The notes beneath the pieces are model-generated. The model made no database searches and was not told the DNA's origin. It was given only the letters and a program-made list of their open reading frames with translations. This document shows positions 12,026 to 25,420 of a DNA stretch of 64,000 nucleotides, piece by piece. Location of the stretch: positions 228,687,198 to 228,751,197 of the forward strand of contig NC_133622.1 of NCBI RefSeq assembly GCF_048593235.1, in the 5' to 3' direction. The translations under genes were made by a program, and so were the position numbers. Positions within the stretch are counted from its first letter, which is position 1. Each line of letters starts with the position of its first letter. This stretch comes from Sminthopsis crassicaudata. Taxonomy: Eukaryota.

Positions 12026-12652
12026 TGATGGGGTTCAGGAGAGCAATTAGCACCAAATGCTGGAGCTGGTGCAAGCACACCAAATAATGAGATTTGGCAG
12101 CAATTCACGCATGAAGAATTCACAGTGACTTTCTCATTCGCAAAAAAGATAGGTTTATTTATGAGATGAGGTTATGGACAAAATGAAAAGGTAAAATAGA
12201 CAGCAGGGATGGTAAATTTGAAGTAGATTTGAGAGAACATTTAGTCAGCAAGGAAAGGGGTTTTTAACTATTCATGATAACAAAGACAGGTTCTCAATAG
12301 AACTCACAATTAACTAGAAGAAAGGTAATAAACTATGAGGGGGGAGAAGGCCATTGACTGTCAGTCAGACTAAATTCATAGAGCAGTTTAGCACCCTGAA
12401 AGAGGTAGTTAGATATAACTAGGAGAAAGGCACCATGGGACAAGGGAAAGGAGATGGGGAAAAAGACACCATGAGGTAGAATGTTGTCACAGGCTAACTC
12501 AAAAGGGATTAGGCTGTGGGCAGATTTATAGGGGAAATTTAACCTTGGTTTCCTGATTGGTTACCATAAGGCAGGAGTACCCAAGACGACCTCAGAGATG
12601 GGACTGTAAAGTTGAGCTAATTTCCTTCATGTGTCCTTCCATGCTTTCATCA
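12026..12652 (-). mobile_element. Solo LTR (old ERV family), copy B
   Basis: TGATG...CATCA termini; minus-strand AATAAA at 12154-12159; homologous to 9670-10224. Confidence 0.65.
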
Positions 12653-12771
12653 GGGTCTTATCAAACTCTCTCTGCCAGCCTTACCTACTTACCTGGATCC
12701 TCACCACAGCATGACAAAATCCTTTGGATCAAGTCAAAAAAATCTCTTGATATTCAGTTGATTTCTACTTC

Positions 12772-13240
12772 TTTGTCTTTCATTTCTAAAGAGGACTAAT
12801 CCAGAGGGTAACAACGTGCATGTAAATTAGACTTTACTGAAGCAGAGTTGTGCAAAGTCACCCTCCCTCTTTCTTCCAGAGTCATCATGGACTAGTCCAG
12901 AGACAGGACAAAAATCATGATAACGGATGATGAAAAATTAAGAGGACTCTCAGTGGCCTGGGAGGCAGTGGATGACCTTGCCATCTTTAATGTCTGACAA
13001 AGCTCTAAGCTCTCTTCAGCATCTGCTTCAACAACTTCCATAGTCATTGGAACAAAGTGTTCACATCTGCCCATTCTGCCAGGGGAAATTTTCATATGCT
13101 TTGGGTCGAAACCTCCCTAACTCACTGAAGGTATGAGGATAGTTGGTTACACTCAACCTGATTTAACTGCCCAGATAATTAATGACTTGTGGCCACTGCA
13201 CATGCTGCACAGCTTCTTGGAGCCATAGGTGAGAGCTGGG
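12772..13240 (-). mobile_element. RTE-related marsupial SINE (WALLSI/RTESINE-like)
   Basis: 'ttgtgcaaagtcacc', 'gcagtggatgaccttg', 'cagcttcttggagccataggtgagagctggg'; related copies at 26930, 36470, 45965, 58240. Confidence 0.75.
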
Positions 13241-15669
13241 TAAAAGATGGTAAACATCATAAAAAGGAAGGAAGGAAGGAAGGAAAGAAAGAAAAAAATC
13301 ATAAATGATAGGAAATTACTTATTACTAATATGGAAATGATTTCACAATCAACTGATGAATGTCAAATACTACTTACATATCTTTTTAATACCAAATCAA
13401 AAAGAAAGGATGGAAAGACAAAGAAGAACCAGAATAAACAAAGAAATTGTCTCATCTGAATAATTGAAATTAATTATCATGTGAAGCAAATGGGCAACTA
13501 CCAAGCCCTGATACTTTATGACATGGAAGACTTTTCTTGAAAATTTTCAGCATTTTTCTTTGATACAAGGTATTATGCTCCTATATTTCCCTTCACAGGT
13601 CTTTTTTTCTGTATCCATTCATGATTGGAGTTTCATTTATTTCTGATTAGATGTCTTATTGCCTACCAGCTTAATATCTCTGTTCCAGCTGGACATATTA
13701 TCTGCTCCTAGTTCAGCTTCTCTAGTAACATGGTTATACCAGTGTGGGTAAAAAGGTAGGGAGAAAGAATAAGGTATTCTTTTCTTCCCTCAAGAAACAT
13801 TCTCTCATGGAGCTGACTCTTATTCTGGAGCTAAAAATCTTTCACTCTTTTCAGCAGAATATTGATCTACATTAAAGTGACTGACTCATTGCTTATTTTA
13901 ATTTATACACCACTTATATACACCAATATATATAATATACACATCACTTATTTCATTGCTTAGAGCTTCCAACTAAAGTCTCAAGAGGGGCCTGTTGAGA
14001 TAAAACTGGTTTATTATAATTTCTTTTTAGCCAATGATGCCTTTTCTTCTTGAGACAACCAATAAAGGTTGTCTCTATAGGGGAAAATTTAGATAATACA
14101 AAACACAAAACATAATTTAAAAATAAAATAAGAGATTTTCAACTCAAAGGGATCACAAAATGTAAACTCAATTTGTTAGTGAATCTTAAATTTCATCTTG
14201 TATGTTCTATCCTATGATAACAGTTGAGTTGCAAGGGGGTAATTACATCTCTCGTATTAAAAAAAGGAGGTAAGGTCACTGACAACTGATGAAATTAGGA
14301 AAGTTGATGTAAAGAATGTGACATTTGAACTAAATATGGATGGAGCTCTAAGGATCACAAGTCAAGAGAAGGAGTATTGAGCTGCATAACTGTTTTCTCA
14401 TCTCTATGAAGTATTTATGGCATGATCTAGATACATATCAAAAGGCTAACTTTGATAAAAGTAGGAGAGGAATATAGTCAGACTTCAAGAGATGATTTCT
14501 AAATCAGATCACATCTATGTTGCTAGAGTTAATTGAGACTCAGCTGAAGGGATAACTAGATTCTACTGTTTATTTTTTATAGGTCATAGAGGTAGAAGTT
14601 GAGTTGGTAGCACAAAATATAATCTCTAAAGACTTTCCCCTAGTAAAATACTTCCTGTGCATATATTAAACTTATCCAATATTCTTTGACAGATACAACT
14701 GCAAAATCAACAATTTAGTCATCAATTAATTGTTAATATCAAACGGGACATTCCTCTTTTGCTTAGTTGCCAAAGAAATTTTCGTGTAAGTACAGCTCTT
14801 ACTCTGTTCTCTCCTTATTTAATGTTCTCCAGGAGTTTCCTATTATCTTAAGGTTCAAATATACAGTGTTCTGTAGGTATTTAACATATTTACCACTCAA
14901 TGCACTACAATCCTACTTGTGGTTCTTCACACATTACACTCAATCTCTAGATTCACCGTATTTGCATTGCCAATAATGTTCTACTTCCTCATTTTGATTT
15001 AATGGCTTTCTCAGCTTCTTTTAAGATTCAGCTCAAATCTTAACTTCTAAAGGAATACTTTCTCATTCTCATTCCTGCCTACTGTTATTAGCACTTTCTC
15101 CTCTGGGATTTACACACACACACATACATGTGTTATATATCACATGTGCTCAAACATTCATATATGTATAGATACACAGTGCATAAACATCTGTGTGCAT
15201 ATAAATCTGTGTTTATATGTGTACATGTGTGTACATACACATATGTGCACATAAATACAAATTATATATCTGTGTGTATATATTTGTTTCCCCTATAGAA
15301 AATAAGTTCCTTTAAGGCAACGACCATATTCTTCCTTTTCTTTGTGCTCCTATCACTTAACACAGTGCCTATTACATGGAAATTTCTTGTTGATTAACTT
15401 AAAATGTACAGTGAAATGAATCCTGAATTCATTAGAAAAAGAAAGACTCAATATATTTTACATTTAGGTTATTGCAATGTTTTCAATGATTCTAAGTTAC
15501 AAACTACATTTTAATATCATTAATCTCACAATGATATTGTTTTCCTAGAAATAATTGAATAGTAGGATCTAAGTAATTTAAACTCCAGGTGAACAATAGA
15601 ATAATGAAAGAAATAACAAAGCTAAGGTAGAAGTGTAAGTCAGTTTTGCAAAGGGCATTATCACGGATT

Positions 15670-15890
15670 TTCAGACCTGGAAAAAATGATGGACCAGTTA
15701 TGAAAAGGAAGGACAACAAATTGACATCCTGAGAACTACAAAGTCATGTCCACAAAATATTCAGCAACTTGGAAACAAGTCTCTAGATGTTGGGATGATG
15801 CTTTTTGAATGATTTGTAGGAGAACATGGACTCATTTCTCAAGATGAGACATGAATGAAGAACATTTTGCACAGGTGGAAAGAGTTTCCA
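15670..15890 (+). mobile_element. Ancient RTE-type LINE 3' end fragment
   Basis: Weak similarity ('aaggacaacaaattgacatcc', 'gaacatggactc...gatgaga') to RTE-X 3' ends. Confidence 0.35.
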
Positions 15891-16129
15891 CACAATTACA
15901 GTATCATCATAACAAAATACATCTTAATTTGCAGATTGAAGTGTCATTTTTACTCGGATGCATGAAGGTCTGGATAATTATAGACAATAATGAGCTAAAG
16001 GACTCTGATAGTTAAATTTCTGATTCTCTCCCTCAATGAATGTCTATTGGTATACATCTTGATTGGCAGGTGAGGCAGATAGTGAGAAAAATGATTTTTA
16101 AGCAACAAAATATCACAAACATAGAAGAT

Positions 16130-16380
16130 ATAATGAACATTTAAATAGCACTTTAAAGTCTGCAAATATATCTTATTTCATCTTCACAACAATCACAGAA
16201 GATATATTTGTTATTATTCCTAACAATAATTTTTATTATTGTATAGTATTACCCTCTATTCCTATTTTACAGAAGCAAGCTTGGGAAGAGAAAGATTAAG
16301 TGACTTGACCAGCCAAATAGTTAGTAAATGATTGAAACATGATTTAAATTCAAATTTTCCTGCCTCTGGGTCCAGAATTC
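16130..16380 (-). mobile_element. MIR SINE
   Basis: 'atagcactttaaag..tgcaaa', 'ttcatcttcacaacaa', 'attaagtgacttgacc', 'gatttaaattcaaat'. Confidence 0.65.
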
Positions 16381-16481
16381 AGTGGAAAGGATGGAGATAA
16401 ATTAGAATCATTGGATTTATGGAATCGAATCATTGAAAAACCACTTCAGTAAGACACTGATTCTCCAATAAATGATAAAAG

Positions 16482-16482
<1 letters not shown>

Positions 16483-16517
<35 letters not shown>
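16483..16517. repeat. (ATT)n microsatellite
   Basis: Direct reading. Confidence 0.95.
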
Positions 16518-16523
<6 letters not shown>

Positions 16524-17051
16524 CATATTCTCTTCCACTTAAACTTGAAAGCATTGTGATCAAAAATTAACTTTTGGAATGTCTAACCACTAGGCCAGTT
16601 AAAAAGCACAATTCAACAAAGATTATTTATTACACAAAGCATATTTTATTAATTGAATAAGAAAATAATAAAGAACTTGAGAGGCAGGCAACACACACTA
16701 AAAGCTTTGCAATTCTCCATAGACTATATAGAGTAGAATCCTTTCATGAATAGAAAGGTATAAGTAGAAAATAGAAAGAAGTAGAAAAGGTAGAAGTTTA
16801 AAATACCACTTCTTATCTTTTGTCCTTGTATATAAAGTTTATCAACCTCTTCTACTTCTAACCATGTAACACTGACAAAATCTTTGGCTTCTCTAAGCCT
16901 TATTTTCCTTAACAAGACATTGATAGAAGAGTATGGGCAGAGAGTGGATGAATTGATTGCTAAGGTCATTTCTAACTCTAAATTCTGTGATTTGCTATTC
17001 ATTGTGAATAACTTTGTTGTTGCCACTGTAATTGTTATATTGGTAGAGTCA

Positions 17052-17052
<1 letters not shown>

Positions 17053-17120
<68 letters not shown>

Positions 17121-17258
17121 CAGAGAGAAAGAGACAGAAAGACATAGATAAGTATGTAGGTAGATATAGGTACCTAACACCTAGATATAGATACCTCTCT
17201 ACCAACAGACAGAGAGATCACATAGATAGATAGTTACATATACCTATGATGAGATAAT

Positions 17259-17308
<50 letters not shown>

Positions 17309-17345
17309 TAGACAGACAGACAGCTAGGATAGATAGATAAATAAT
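17053..17345. repeat. Compound (GATA)n/(GACA)n microsatellite region
   Basis: Two pure GATA arrays (~17053-17120, ~17260-17310) with a degenerate spacer. Confidence 0.95.
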
Positions 17346-17899
17346 TAGTATATACACATACCAAAATCCTTTGGCTTATTCCTTATGAAAGTATCCCAGA
17401 GGCTTGGAGCACTGCAACAATAGATTTAGTGTATCTTATTGTAATTTTTAGATTGTAAGTTTCTTGAGAGTGATAGAGTATCTCTTGACTCTTTTTGTGT
17501 CTCTAGTGCTTAGAAAAGTGACATAGTAGTCACTAAATAAATGTTTATTGATTTGTTGTATAAAAAGGAGAGGAATTACTGTTTCTCTGATAGAACCTGA
17601 AATTCTATATGGAACCAGTAGTCAAAGAAATAATCCTGAGATTTCCAGATATTAAAACAAGCAAACAAAAAAAAAGTAAATTAAAATTAATTTTTAAAAA
17701 ATTAGAAGTTGCATTCTGGGTTTGGTTTTTTGGGAAGTTGAAATTAAAGAAGGAATGGGGGAAAATTAATCCAGGAAGTCATTCAAACTTTATTTATTTG
17801 AATTTTATATATACTTATCTATGAATATATTATTTCCTCAAATAGAATATACGACCTTTGAGGGTAGAGATGCTTCTTTTTTATGCTTGTAGGCTTAGG

Positions 17900-19829
17900 T
17901 CTTTGGGAGGATTCTGTGATGTAAGTTGGTAAATTTCAAGCTCTCAAGAATTCCTCCGCAAATGGAACACGTTTGTGTCTCAGAGTGAACACAGACTAGT
18001 GAAAAATCAAGAAGACATGGGGAAGAACTGGGCTCCTCCTGATGAAATTCAAAATCTGAGGAAAAACTCTGGACTGAGGATGAAGTCATGTGAAGTGCAA
18101 ACACCTCCCAGTTAATTCCCAGAAACACCAAGGGGTTTATCCCGGGATAAGCTGCATTTGGTTGGAACCACAGAAATTTTCACCCCTGGACTATTTGTGG
18201 AGTCAGGGTTTGAATCTGGGAATATTGAGGCAACTTCTGCTGATTAGGAACCTTAGGCCTGGCTGTGCTTCTGTGAGAAGGAACCAGCAACCATGAGTGC
18301 AAAAGCAGGGGCACAGGGATGCTGCTGCCTGTGGGCACTTGCAGGAAGGTGGAGCTCTTGGTTTGGGGATACAGGTCAGAGGGGAGAGCTGAAGTGAAGC
18401 TAGAGGCACCTGTCTCCCATGGTGAATGGTAATCATTCCCATGTTTAAAGGTGCTTACTTTAATCTCTCTTCTTTAAAAAAAAATGAACCATCAAACAAG
18501 AATTCCACCATAGAAAATTAATATGGGAACAGAGAATACTGGAGTTCATGTTCAGAGGAGGATACTGAAGTAAAATAAACTTCTACCCCCAAAGAATGAT
18601 GTGAAATGGCTCCCTGCCTGATGAGAATTTATAGAAAAACTCATAAAAAGAATTCAAAAATCAAATGAGCAACATTGAGGGAAAAAAAATAAACCTTCTA
18701 AGAAACACAAGAAGATTATGAAAAAAAGCAACTAGAAAAAGAGAGATAGAGTCTCAAAGACAAAAATAACTTTGAAAATTAGAATTGGGCAAGGGGAAGC
18801 AAATGAAGCTATGAGAGACCAAAAAATAACAAAACAGATTCTAAAGAATGAAAAAAAATTAGGACAGAATGTGAAACATCTTAAAAGAAAAACAGGTTAT
18901 CTGGAGAACAAATAAAGAAGAGAAAATATAAGAAAAATTTGACTGCATAAAAGTTGTGACCAAAAAAAGAACTTTGACAAAATAATTCAAGAAATAAATC
19001 CAAGAAAACTGTTCTAGAGTGATAGAACATGAGGGGAAAGTAGAAAACCAAATAAATGCATTGATCATCACCTCAAGGAGATCCTTTGTGGAAAACACAT
19101 AGGAATACTATTGCTATATTTTGAAATCCCCAGATCAAAGAGAAAATTTTACAAGAAATAAGGGGAAAAAACTCAAATACATTGAAATTACAATTAAAAT
19201 TATACAGGACATAGTAGCCATAATATAAGACCACAGGTCCTGGAATCATATCTACTGACAATCAAAATAAGTATGCAGGAAAATTGTCTATAATATTGAA
19301 TGGGAAAAAATGAACATTCAATAAATTTGCAGATTTTCGGACTTTCTATCAACCAAACCCTGACTTAAAAGAAAATTTAACATATAAGAGCTAATATCAG
19401 AAATCAATTTCAAAAAAGTTAACATGAACATTTTTTTTCTTTTTTTTATATGGGACAAATATACTATATGTTTAAGATTGACAACAGGCTAGCTCAAAAG
19501 ATACACTGGGACAGAATTAAGGTAAAAATAGTAATGATGTTACCGAAATGAGAAAGAATAGATACAAAGGCATTAGAGAAAGGAGGAGGACTTCTAGTTC
19601 TGAAAACCTACTCACATTGTGAATGGATTAAATAAGCAACATTACATATATACCATGAAGGGTGTAATAACCTCCAAAATCTATAAAGAAATTAGGGAGG
19701 AGGGTTGGGAGAATGGGGAAGCAAAAGGTTGTGGCAAGAAGACAAAAGAGGGATCCTAGGGTGGGGGGGGAGGTTAAGTAATAGCAAAGCAAGTTGAAAA
19801 GAATTAAAAGAAAGAGTCAGCAAGGAAAG

Positions 19830-19877
<48 letters not shown>

Positions 19878-20170
19878 ATATATCCTTTCTTAACTATATT
19901 CTGGTTGAGGGTGATGTAGGGATAAAAGGGGGAAACCAAATAAAGTAAAAAAGATATGCAGCAAAGAACTAAAGAATAATTTAAAAGGAAGTAAAGAAAA
20001 GATGGATACTCATGAATATAATTTCTTCTACTAATATATATGTACATGCATAAACATATATAATTTCTTGAATTGGCAATTTTTAGTTACATACTTTGAA
20101 TCCTTCCTTATGGCCTGCTGGGCACATGACAGTGTTCTCTTTCATTTTGTTTTGTTTTGTGTCTTTGTAG
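17900..20170 (+). mobile_element. L1-derived 5'UTR + ORF1 element with non-ORF2 3' tail (HAL1-like)
   Basis: GC-richer 5'UTR (17900-18450); decayed A-rich ORF1 (~18480-19400, e.g. 'gaaaaacaggttatctggagaacaaa', 'ataattcaagaaataaatccaagaaaactgttctagag'); purine-rich tail with (GT)n; no ORF2 endonuclease motif follows. Confidence 0.7.
19832..19874. repeat. (GT)n microsatellite
   Basis: Direct reading. Confidence 0.95.
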
Positions 20171-20289
20171 ACCTAACGCATTACCTGGAACATAGTAGTA
20201 GGAACTTAATAAAAAACTTGCAGGAAAAATGCAAGAGAAGCAGTTTAATCCCTACTAAGGTATCTAGCAAACAATAAGAAAAATTCACC

Positions 20290-20520
20290 CTTATATAGCA
20301 CTTACAAAGTATTAGACACTGTGCTAAATACTTTACAATTATCTCATTTGATCCTCATATAAACTTATTATTATTCCTGTTTTACAATTGAGGCAAATTG
20401 AGGACAAACAGGATAAAGGGATTTTCCCAGAGTCACACAGTAATAAGTGTCTAAGGCTGAATTTGCTCAAGTCTTTTGAAAACAGAGCCTTTCTTTTATA
20501 CATTGTGCCACTTAGTTGTT
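20290..20520 (-). mobile_element. MIR-type SINE
   Basis: 'tatctcatttgatcctca', 'gaggcaaa', 'cccagagtcacacagtaataagtgtctaaggctgaattt'. Confidence 0.75.
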
Positions 20521-21859
20521 CCTACTTTATTCCAATACTGCATTTAGCAATACATGCTGAGGATAAAAATGAAAAAGTCACTTCCCAAAAATTCTAATGA
20601 GGAATAAAACATTTAAATAAACAAATATATACATGATTTTTTTTTCTGGGAGAAGAAGAATATTAGCAACTGTGGGGGAGGTCAAGAGGAACTAGAAAAT
20701 GTCTGAAGTAAGACTTGGAAGGAAACTAGGGATTCTAAGAAGAGGAAATCAGGAGGTATCACATTCAGCCATGACAGAACAGAGAACAGCTGGTTAAAAG
20801 GCACAAATTTAAAGAGATAGACTTTGACCTTCAGCAACGATTAGAAGAATTTCTCACCTAACTGAGAAAAAAAAAAGTTTTGTTTGAAAGTTGAAAGAGG
20901 TTTACTACTTGCAGAATGAGGTGACATAATAAACTCTCCCCTCTATCATCATCTTCATTGACCTGAATATTATTCAGTGTCCATTTGACCCAGTTGATTT
21001 TTCCCCTTGGGTAAATTGAACTCTAAAATGGGGGTACTCATTTTTTTACAGTTGGTTTTACATGCTACCCCCCTTAGTCAAATATCCATTGCATCTTTTC
21101 CCAATATCAGCCAGAGACAATGTCATGATTTAACATCCACATTTTTAATGATGAAATAAAAATATGTTCAAAGAAGTTGTGTCATGGATTTGCAGTTGCC
21201 TATTAAATCCCTGACATTTATCCTAGGGCTCTCAGAATAATAACTTGGGGGTGGGGGGGAAGAGAAAAATCATCATTTTTTTGTTTACACTGAGAGGTTA
21301 CTGAGGTGGAAAAAGCTATTAGGATCCAAACAGGGAGGTCTGATGCTTCTTACTTATTCCATGGGGCTTTGACGAGATCTGATTCATATTCTAGTGGATT
21401 GGCCTTTTGTGGCCTGCTGAAAAGCCATAATGCCTCTGACAGTCAGAATGACTGCATCCCAAATGCTCCTTTTTCTTCTCATTTCCATCTAGGCACTCCT
21501 CAGAGACTGACTTTATTATTAGAAAGTCAAATGCAGCGGCTGCAGGTTTGATCTCCTGTTTCCTGCAGCAGGGCCTGCTACACAGTGCTGCCACCCAGGA
21601 GAGATTTATGTGATGGCCCTGGTTCATCCATGCAAGGGCACCTGTTGCTCTTTCTCTTTTCTCTTTCCTGACAGGCTTTGTTTTGCAACTCCTTCCTTCT
21701 TTTATGTTTAATGAATTTGCAGGAAGAAACCTGGAGCTGTATATCATTTTTTTTTTGAAAATCAGAATGAATCTCAGTATTGATGATGAAAAACTAATAA
21801 TGAATAAAATAAAGATGAGAAGAATACAATGAAATATACTAAAACATAAGTACTATTGA

Positions 21860-22080
21860 AATTTATATAGCACATTAAAGTTTGCAAGAGAATTTATATG
21901 TAGTTTCTCATTTGAGCTTCATGATAATTCATGAGTAAGATAGGATGGGTCTAAAGAACCCCATTTTGCAGATGAGAAAGAAAGGATGAGACCAGTTATA
22001 TGACATGCTCAAGACTGCTCAGAGATTAATTTTGAACCAGATCTTCCTGATCCCAAGTCCAGTACTCTATCCACTATGAT
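21860..22080 (-). mobile_element. MIR SINE
   Basis: 'atttatatagcac..taaagtttgcaa', 'ccccattttgcagatgagaaa', 'tcttcctgatcccaagtccagtactctatccact'. Confidence 0.75.
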
Positions 22081-22585
22081 ACTATGCAATGGAAACTCCT
22101 TTATAAGGAGATAATTTATATTTATAATCCTAGTTCAGTATGAAGATGGTAATTGTTATATAGATTCCTAGATATTTGCAATTTTAAGCTTTAAGAGCTT
22201 AAAATGGACACTGTGTATTTGGAAATTATGTATTTGTGTTTATGTGATTTCATGGGAATAAAAAACTACAAGACATGTTCCCTACTTGTGCAGAGAGGGA
22301 ATTTGTTCAACACAAAGTCTTTGAAATTTGTTTGAGGACTAAGTTAACTTGACCAGCATCACACAGATAGTATATGTCAAAGATAGACTTTCATCCAAAT
22401 CTTCCTAATTCTGAGTTTAATTTTTTACCCATTAGTCATACAATAATAATTTTCATGACCAACACTACTACCATCATCACCAGCATCAAAATCATCTCCC
22501 TCATCATCACCACCACCATCAAACTCCTTAGTGTTGTTTTTGCATCACTTCTACACATAGAAAAAACATGGTCAATGGACAATTA

Positions 22586-22810
22586 GCCGGCAGAGTAAAT
22601 AGAGCACTAGGCCTGAAGGCCTGAATTCAAATCCAGCCTTAGACACAAAGCTGTACAAACCTGGCATGTCATTTAATCCTGTTTGCTTCAGTTTCCTCAT
22701 CTATAAAAATGAGCTGGGAAAGGAAATGGCAAACCACTCTGGGTATCTTTGCCAAGAAAATCCCTAATGGCATCACAAAGAGTTAGACATGACTAATGCA
22801 ACTTAACAAA
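22586..22810 (+). mobile_element. Mar1-type CORE-SINE
   Basis: 'gaattcaaatccagccttagacac...cagtttcctcatctataaaaatgagctgggaaaggaaatggcaaaccactctgggtatctttgccaagaaaatccc'. Confidence 0.9.
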
Positions 22811-24225
22811 TTTCTCTGGTCAAGCATAACAGACTATTGAAGTTGTTCACCTAATCCTTCTTTCCTGGAATAAAATAGAAACACTTGAAAAAAATACAAA
22901 AAAGAAACAACAACAAAAAAAAAAAAAACTATAGCCACGAAGACTACAAAATCATAATATTTAAATCAGGGAGGAAATCTGTTCAGTTGTTTTAATTTTC
23001 TTGCTGATGAAACTGATATGTCACAGGGGCTTGCTTTATGGGGGAATAACCTATATGTATATTCCTATACTAGGATATTTACCCAGGTTCTCTAGCTTAA
23101 AACTCATAGCTCTATCTGTGAAACAGATTGGGGACACCAGATTTTGGTTACTTTGAGGGCAAGGTTCCTATTCCACTTAGTTTGATATAAAACAGAAGAC
23201 CCATAAGATAAACATAAAGCATCAATGTGGTATTTAACTGTAAAATATATTTAAATCCTTTATGAAGTGTACATATGTCTCCAATTAAAAAAAAATAGAT
23301 GTGGTAATTGTGTGAATAAACAAATTAGTTATTCCACTGAGGATTTTAAATACTTTCAATGTAGATGAATTTAAGGATTTCAAGAATGTGAGAGGACTGG
23401 AAGCTAGAAGGCACCTTTGTATAAAGGAGCAGAAGAATAGATAGGGAATTTATCTTTCTTCTCCACATTGGTAATGTAGCTTTTGAAGGTGACTTATTAA
23501 ATCAGTAGGTATACTGCATCTGATGGAAAATACATTCCAAGAAGACAAGGTTAGATAGACAGATTCACCTGAGGGAGGAAGCTACTTCAAAGTACAGGAT
23601 TCTTGTCAGCAAATAATAAAACTGGCCATAGAAAGAAATTGACCCTGAGAAGGCCGCTGAAAAATCTACCAAGCAGAAAGACTGTACCCAAAAGAACTTT
23701 GTGGGACAATTCTACATAGAAATGATACTTTCAGACTGTATGGCACTAGAAGTCATGAAATACCTTTGNNNNNNNNNNNNNNNNNNNNNNNNNNNNNNNN
23801 NNNNNNNNNNNNNNNNNNNNNNNNNNNNNNNNNNNNNNNNNNNNNNNNNNNNNNNNNNNNNNNNNNNNNNNNNNNNNNNNNNNNNNNNNNNNNNNNNNNN
23901 NNNNNNNNNNNNNNNNACAAATGTTTCACTACCATTATAGTCTAAGTTTGAACCCACTCTTCCCATGAATGTTTTGTGTATTTGTAGGAGATTGTATACT
24001 AGTTTTGAAAGGGGATGATGCTATTCTTTGATGACTTTGATAAAAAAAAAAAATTATGTTTATTGGCTTGTGGCAGATGGGAAGCAGACTGGTTAGGGCT
24101 AATGGCGACCTAGTATTAGGAATGTGGACCTAAATATCTCTATTTGTACTGGTGACCCCCCTATAAATGTGAGTGAGACTTGGGGGAAAGGGATATAATC
24201 CAGAGATTTTTTTTCCTTATTTTTA

Positions 24226-24535
24226 TTATAGTTTTTTATTAACAAGATATATGCATGAGTAATTTTTCAGCACTGACAATTATAAAACCTTTCGTTCCAA
24301 CTTTTCCCCTCCTTCTCCCCCACTCCATCCCCCAATGGCAGGTTGACCAATACTTGTTACATATGTTAAAGTATAAATTAAATACAATATATGTATACAT
24401 GTCCAGACAGTTATTTTGCTGTACAAAAAGAATCAGACTTTGAAACAGTGTACAATCAGCCTGTGAAGGAAATAAAAAATTCAGGTGGACAAAAATAGAG
24501 GGATTGGGAATTCTATGTAGTGGTTCATAGTCATA
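24226..24535 (-). mobile_element. Relatively young 5'-truncated L1 3' UTR
   Basis: T-rich tail then 'atggcaggttgaccaata...gttattttgctgtacaaaaagaatc...agggattgggaattctatgtagtggttcatagtca'; near-identical to 61378-61845. Confidence 0.85.
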
Positions 24536-25179
24536 TAGAGGAGATATTTTGACACAAGTAAAAGCTTTCTATATTATAATCTTTGTAACTATGTATTATA
24601 TCTCATACTTATATACCAATGAAATCATAGAGTTAGTGTATAATGTTCTAAACTAGGTACTTCTTTTAATTCCATGTTGCTTAAAGAATGATAATTTCTA
24701 TCAACACCATTCCATTTCAGCATCCAGGAGAGCAAAGGACTGATTGCTTTGAACTAGTTTTGTTTTCAATCTAGTCCATCACTTTAATGGACTTTAATGC
24801 GGAAAATAGTGGGGTTAGTGAAAGGTAAATATTGTTCACAAAGCTAGTGAGGCATCCAGAACCCAGGCTTTCACAATAGTTTTCATTATTCATCATTGAA
24901 GAAATGCTTCTTATAATCAATAATAAATAATTTCACTATCAAACTAAGTTGCCTCAAACAAACTTTTCTCTTTGAAGCTTTTGCATAACACCCTTTTGAC
25001 ACAAAATATTAAGAGCAAATGCACTTAGAACAACTTCCACCAATATTAGGCACCAATACAAAAGGTTCATTCAAAGAAACAGATGAAGGTAGAAAATAAA
25101 AACAAACAAACAAAAAAACAAAAAAATATATACTTATTTTTCCCTCTCTTGATTGGGAAAGGGAAGGAAAATACAGCAA

Positions 25180-25420
25180 ATGGCACAGTGCATGGAGGGC
25201 CAGACCTGAAGTCAGAAAGACTCATATTCCTGAAGTAAAATATAGCTTTAGATACTTATCTGTGTGAAGCCGAGAAAGTCATTTAACCTTGCTTGCCTCA
25301 GTTTCCTTATCTGTAAAGTGACCCAGAAAAGAAAATGACAAATTACTTCAGTATCTTTGCTGAAAAAAATTCCAAAATGGGATGATAAAGATTCAGAAAT
25401 GGTTGAATGGCTGGACAAGA
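25180..25420 (+). mobile_element. Mar1-type CORE-SINE
   Basis: 'gaagtcagaaagactcatattcctg...gcctcagtttccttatctgtaaag...cagtatctttgctgaaaaa'. Confidence 0.8.

Noticed and set aside
9670-12652. Possible intact two-LTR provirus or TRIM
   Set aside because: LTRs are too divergent from each other, no PBS/PPT adjacent, no matching TSD, interval contains LINE fragments.
22374-22586. Thr/Ile-rich ORF superficially like a mitochondrial (NUMT) protein
   Set aside because: Degenerate (CAT/CAC)n low complexity; no mtDNA gene motifs.
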